From NCBI RefSeq assembly GCF_009914755.1, contig NC_060935.1: DNA of 64,000 nt, one strand, 5' to 3'. This document shows positions 62,765 through 64,000 of the stretch, one piece after another. The notes beneath the pieces are model-generated. The model was given only the letters and a program-made list of their open reading frames with translations, ran no database searches and was not told the origin of the DNA. Numbering within the stretch: position 1 is the stretch's first letter; each line of letters starts with the position of its first letter. The position numbers and the translations under genes were made by a program. Source of the stretch: the human T2T-CHM13v2.0 reference genome, Homo sapiens.

Positions 62765-64000
62765 TACTAGATATCTTTTTTGCATCTCACATAGACCACC
62801 TCTTTAGGCCTTCCTAATCTTTGCTTTTTAGGAAAGAGCAACACCTTAGTAACACTGACATCTCAAGCTGCTCCTCACTCACAGCCAAGGGAGGAACATC
62901 AGGGAAGGGTCCCATTTGATTGGCTCTGCTCAGGTAAGGTCATATGCCATTCTTTACACAAGGGGCATGTCATCGGGGGACATATTCCACATTTTAGTTT
63001 AAAATTCATCCAGTACTGATTCAGCCTTACTCTCAACAAACCCCTCCTGGGAGACAGCTTCCTCCAAGGTCATTAGTAACCACAGAATTCTGTCCCTGAA
63101 GAGATCATCACTTAAGTTCTACCTCAAGTCTCTGGTTCACAGTGAATCTAAGATTCTCAGGAACTTAATCAGAGCTAGTAGTCCAGCCTTGCTGCAGTGA
63201 AAGTCTCCTCAAAGGTGACTCTAAGGTTCTTAAAAACAATCTTGGAATACCATCCTGGGTGACATCCCCCACCCCTAGATCTCCATTCTCAGGAATATAA
63301 CTCTTAAATTCCTTGGCTTGGCAGGTTTTGTTCCTGCAACCAGTCAGTGACCCACAATCCCAGTCTTTGAATATGGCTGGCCAGCTCCTGTGCCAAGAGG
63401 GCATTTTCTCACCCAAGGTGAATCTTGGTTCTCTAATTCCTTGGTTGGTTTCCATAATACACAGTTACTGCTGCCATTATGAAGTGTGCAGCTGATGAGG
63501 CAGTATCCACTCCAGACCTTTTGGAGCCTGCTTTATTGGTGGAAACGTGTGGTTATAGGAACATTATCCAGAGTGTGGAAACTCTAATGCCCATCACCTT
63601 CTGGGGCAAAGAAATGTAGTAGGGCCCAGATATCATACTCCGGAGAAGGACTACAGGCATTGAGCCATGGGGATTATATTTTGCACACCTAAGAAGCACT
63701 ACATCTTCTCTAGTAGTATTAGGTGCTGGGATCCAATAGTAAAACCACACGACAGAACACTGGCCTCTAGCTCTGTTGTGCCATCTTTGAGAAGCATTTT
63801 CTCTGGTGTGATCAGAGCTGGGGCTCAAGCCTTATGGTTGTAGCTGTAGGATGTGATAGACCCATGGCCTAATTAGCCACCTGAGAATTCTACCAGGTAT
63901 GACTGCCTTGAGCAGTTGGCTGTAGTCCATTATGATAGAGTTCTGCAGAAAACCAAATCCTTTGGGAGGCCAGTCCTCAGGGAATTCATCTTGGACAAGT

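Overview
Human (primate) genomic DNA, dominated by interspersed repeats. The minus strand carries the 5' portion of GDPD4 (GDE6, six-transmembrane glycerophosphodiester phosphodiesterase family; 11q13.5 from recall). I could map a GC-box promoter and non-coding exon 1 near 44.2-44.36 kb, exon 2 at 29837-30039, and nine coding exons (27756 down to 996). The coding exons splice through canonical GT-AG sites into one 864-nt (288-codon) frame with intact GHRG, ETD and HD motifs; the gene continues beyond position 1. About 12 kb upstream, on the + strand, is a full-length TOMM20 processed pseudogene (56082-60348) with a 12-bp target-site duplication. It sits inside an MLT1 LTR and has itself been invaded by three Alus. 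The rest is Alu, L1M, L2, MIR, ERV1/MaLR/ERVL LTRs and DNA transposons. Most ORFs in the supplied track are repeat-derived noise. I found no novel multi-gene system. The strongest observation is that the nominally untranslated exon 2 encodes the family-conserved GDPD N-terminus but is one nucleotide out of frame with the main ORF. The result is a 72-aa uORF, with the main ATG in weak context in the middle of the first hydrophobic helix. Other notable items are an AluY with an internal L1 ORF2 fragment and no poly(A)/TSD, a polyadenylated U5-less ERV1 LTR, an AP-1-bearing LTR10 about 1.1 kb from exon 1, a 31-bp direct repeat bracketing exons 6-7, and a tandemly duplicated Alu. Repeat subfamily names and comparisons to consensus or parent sequences are from recall and by eye.
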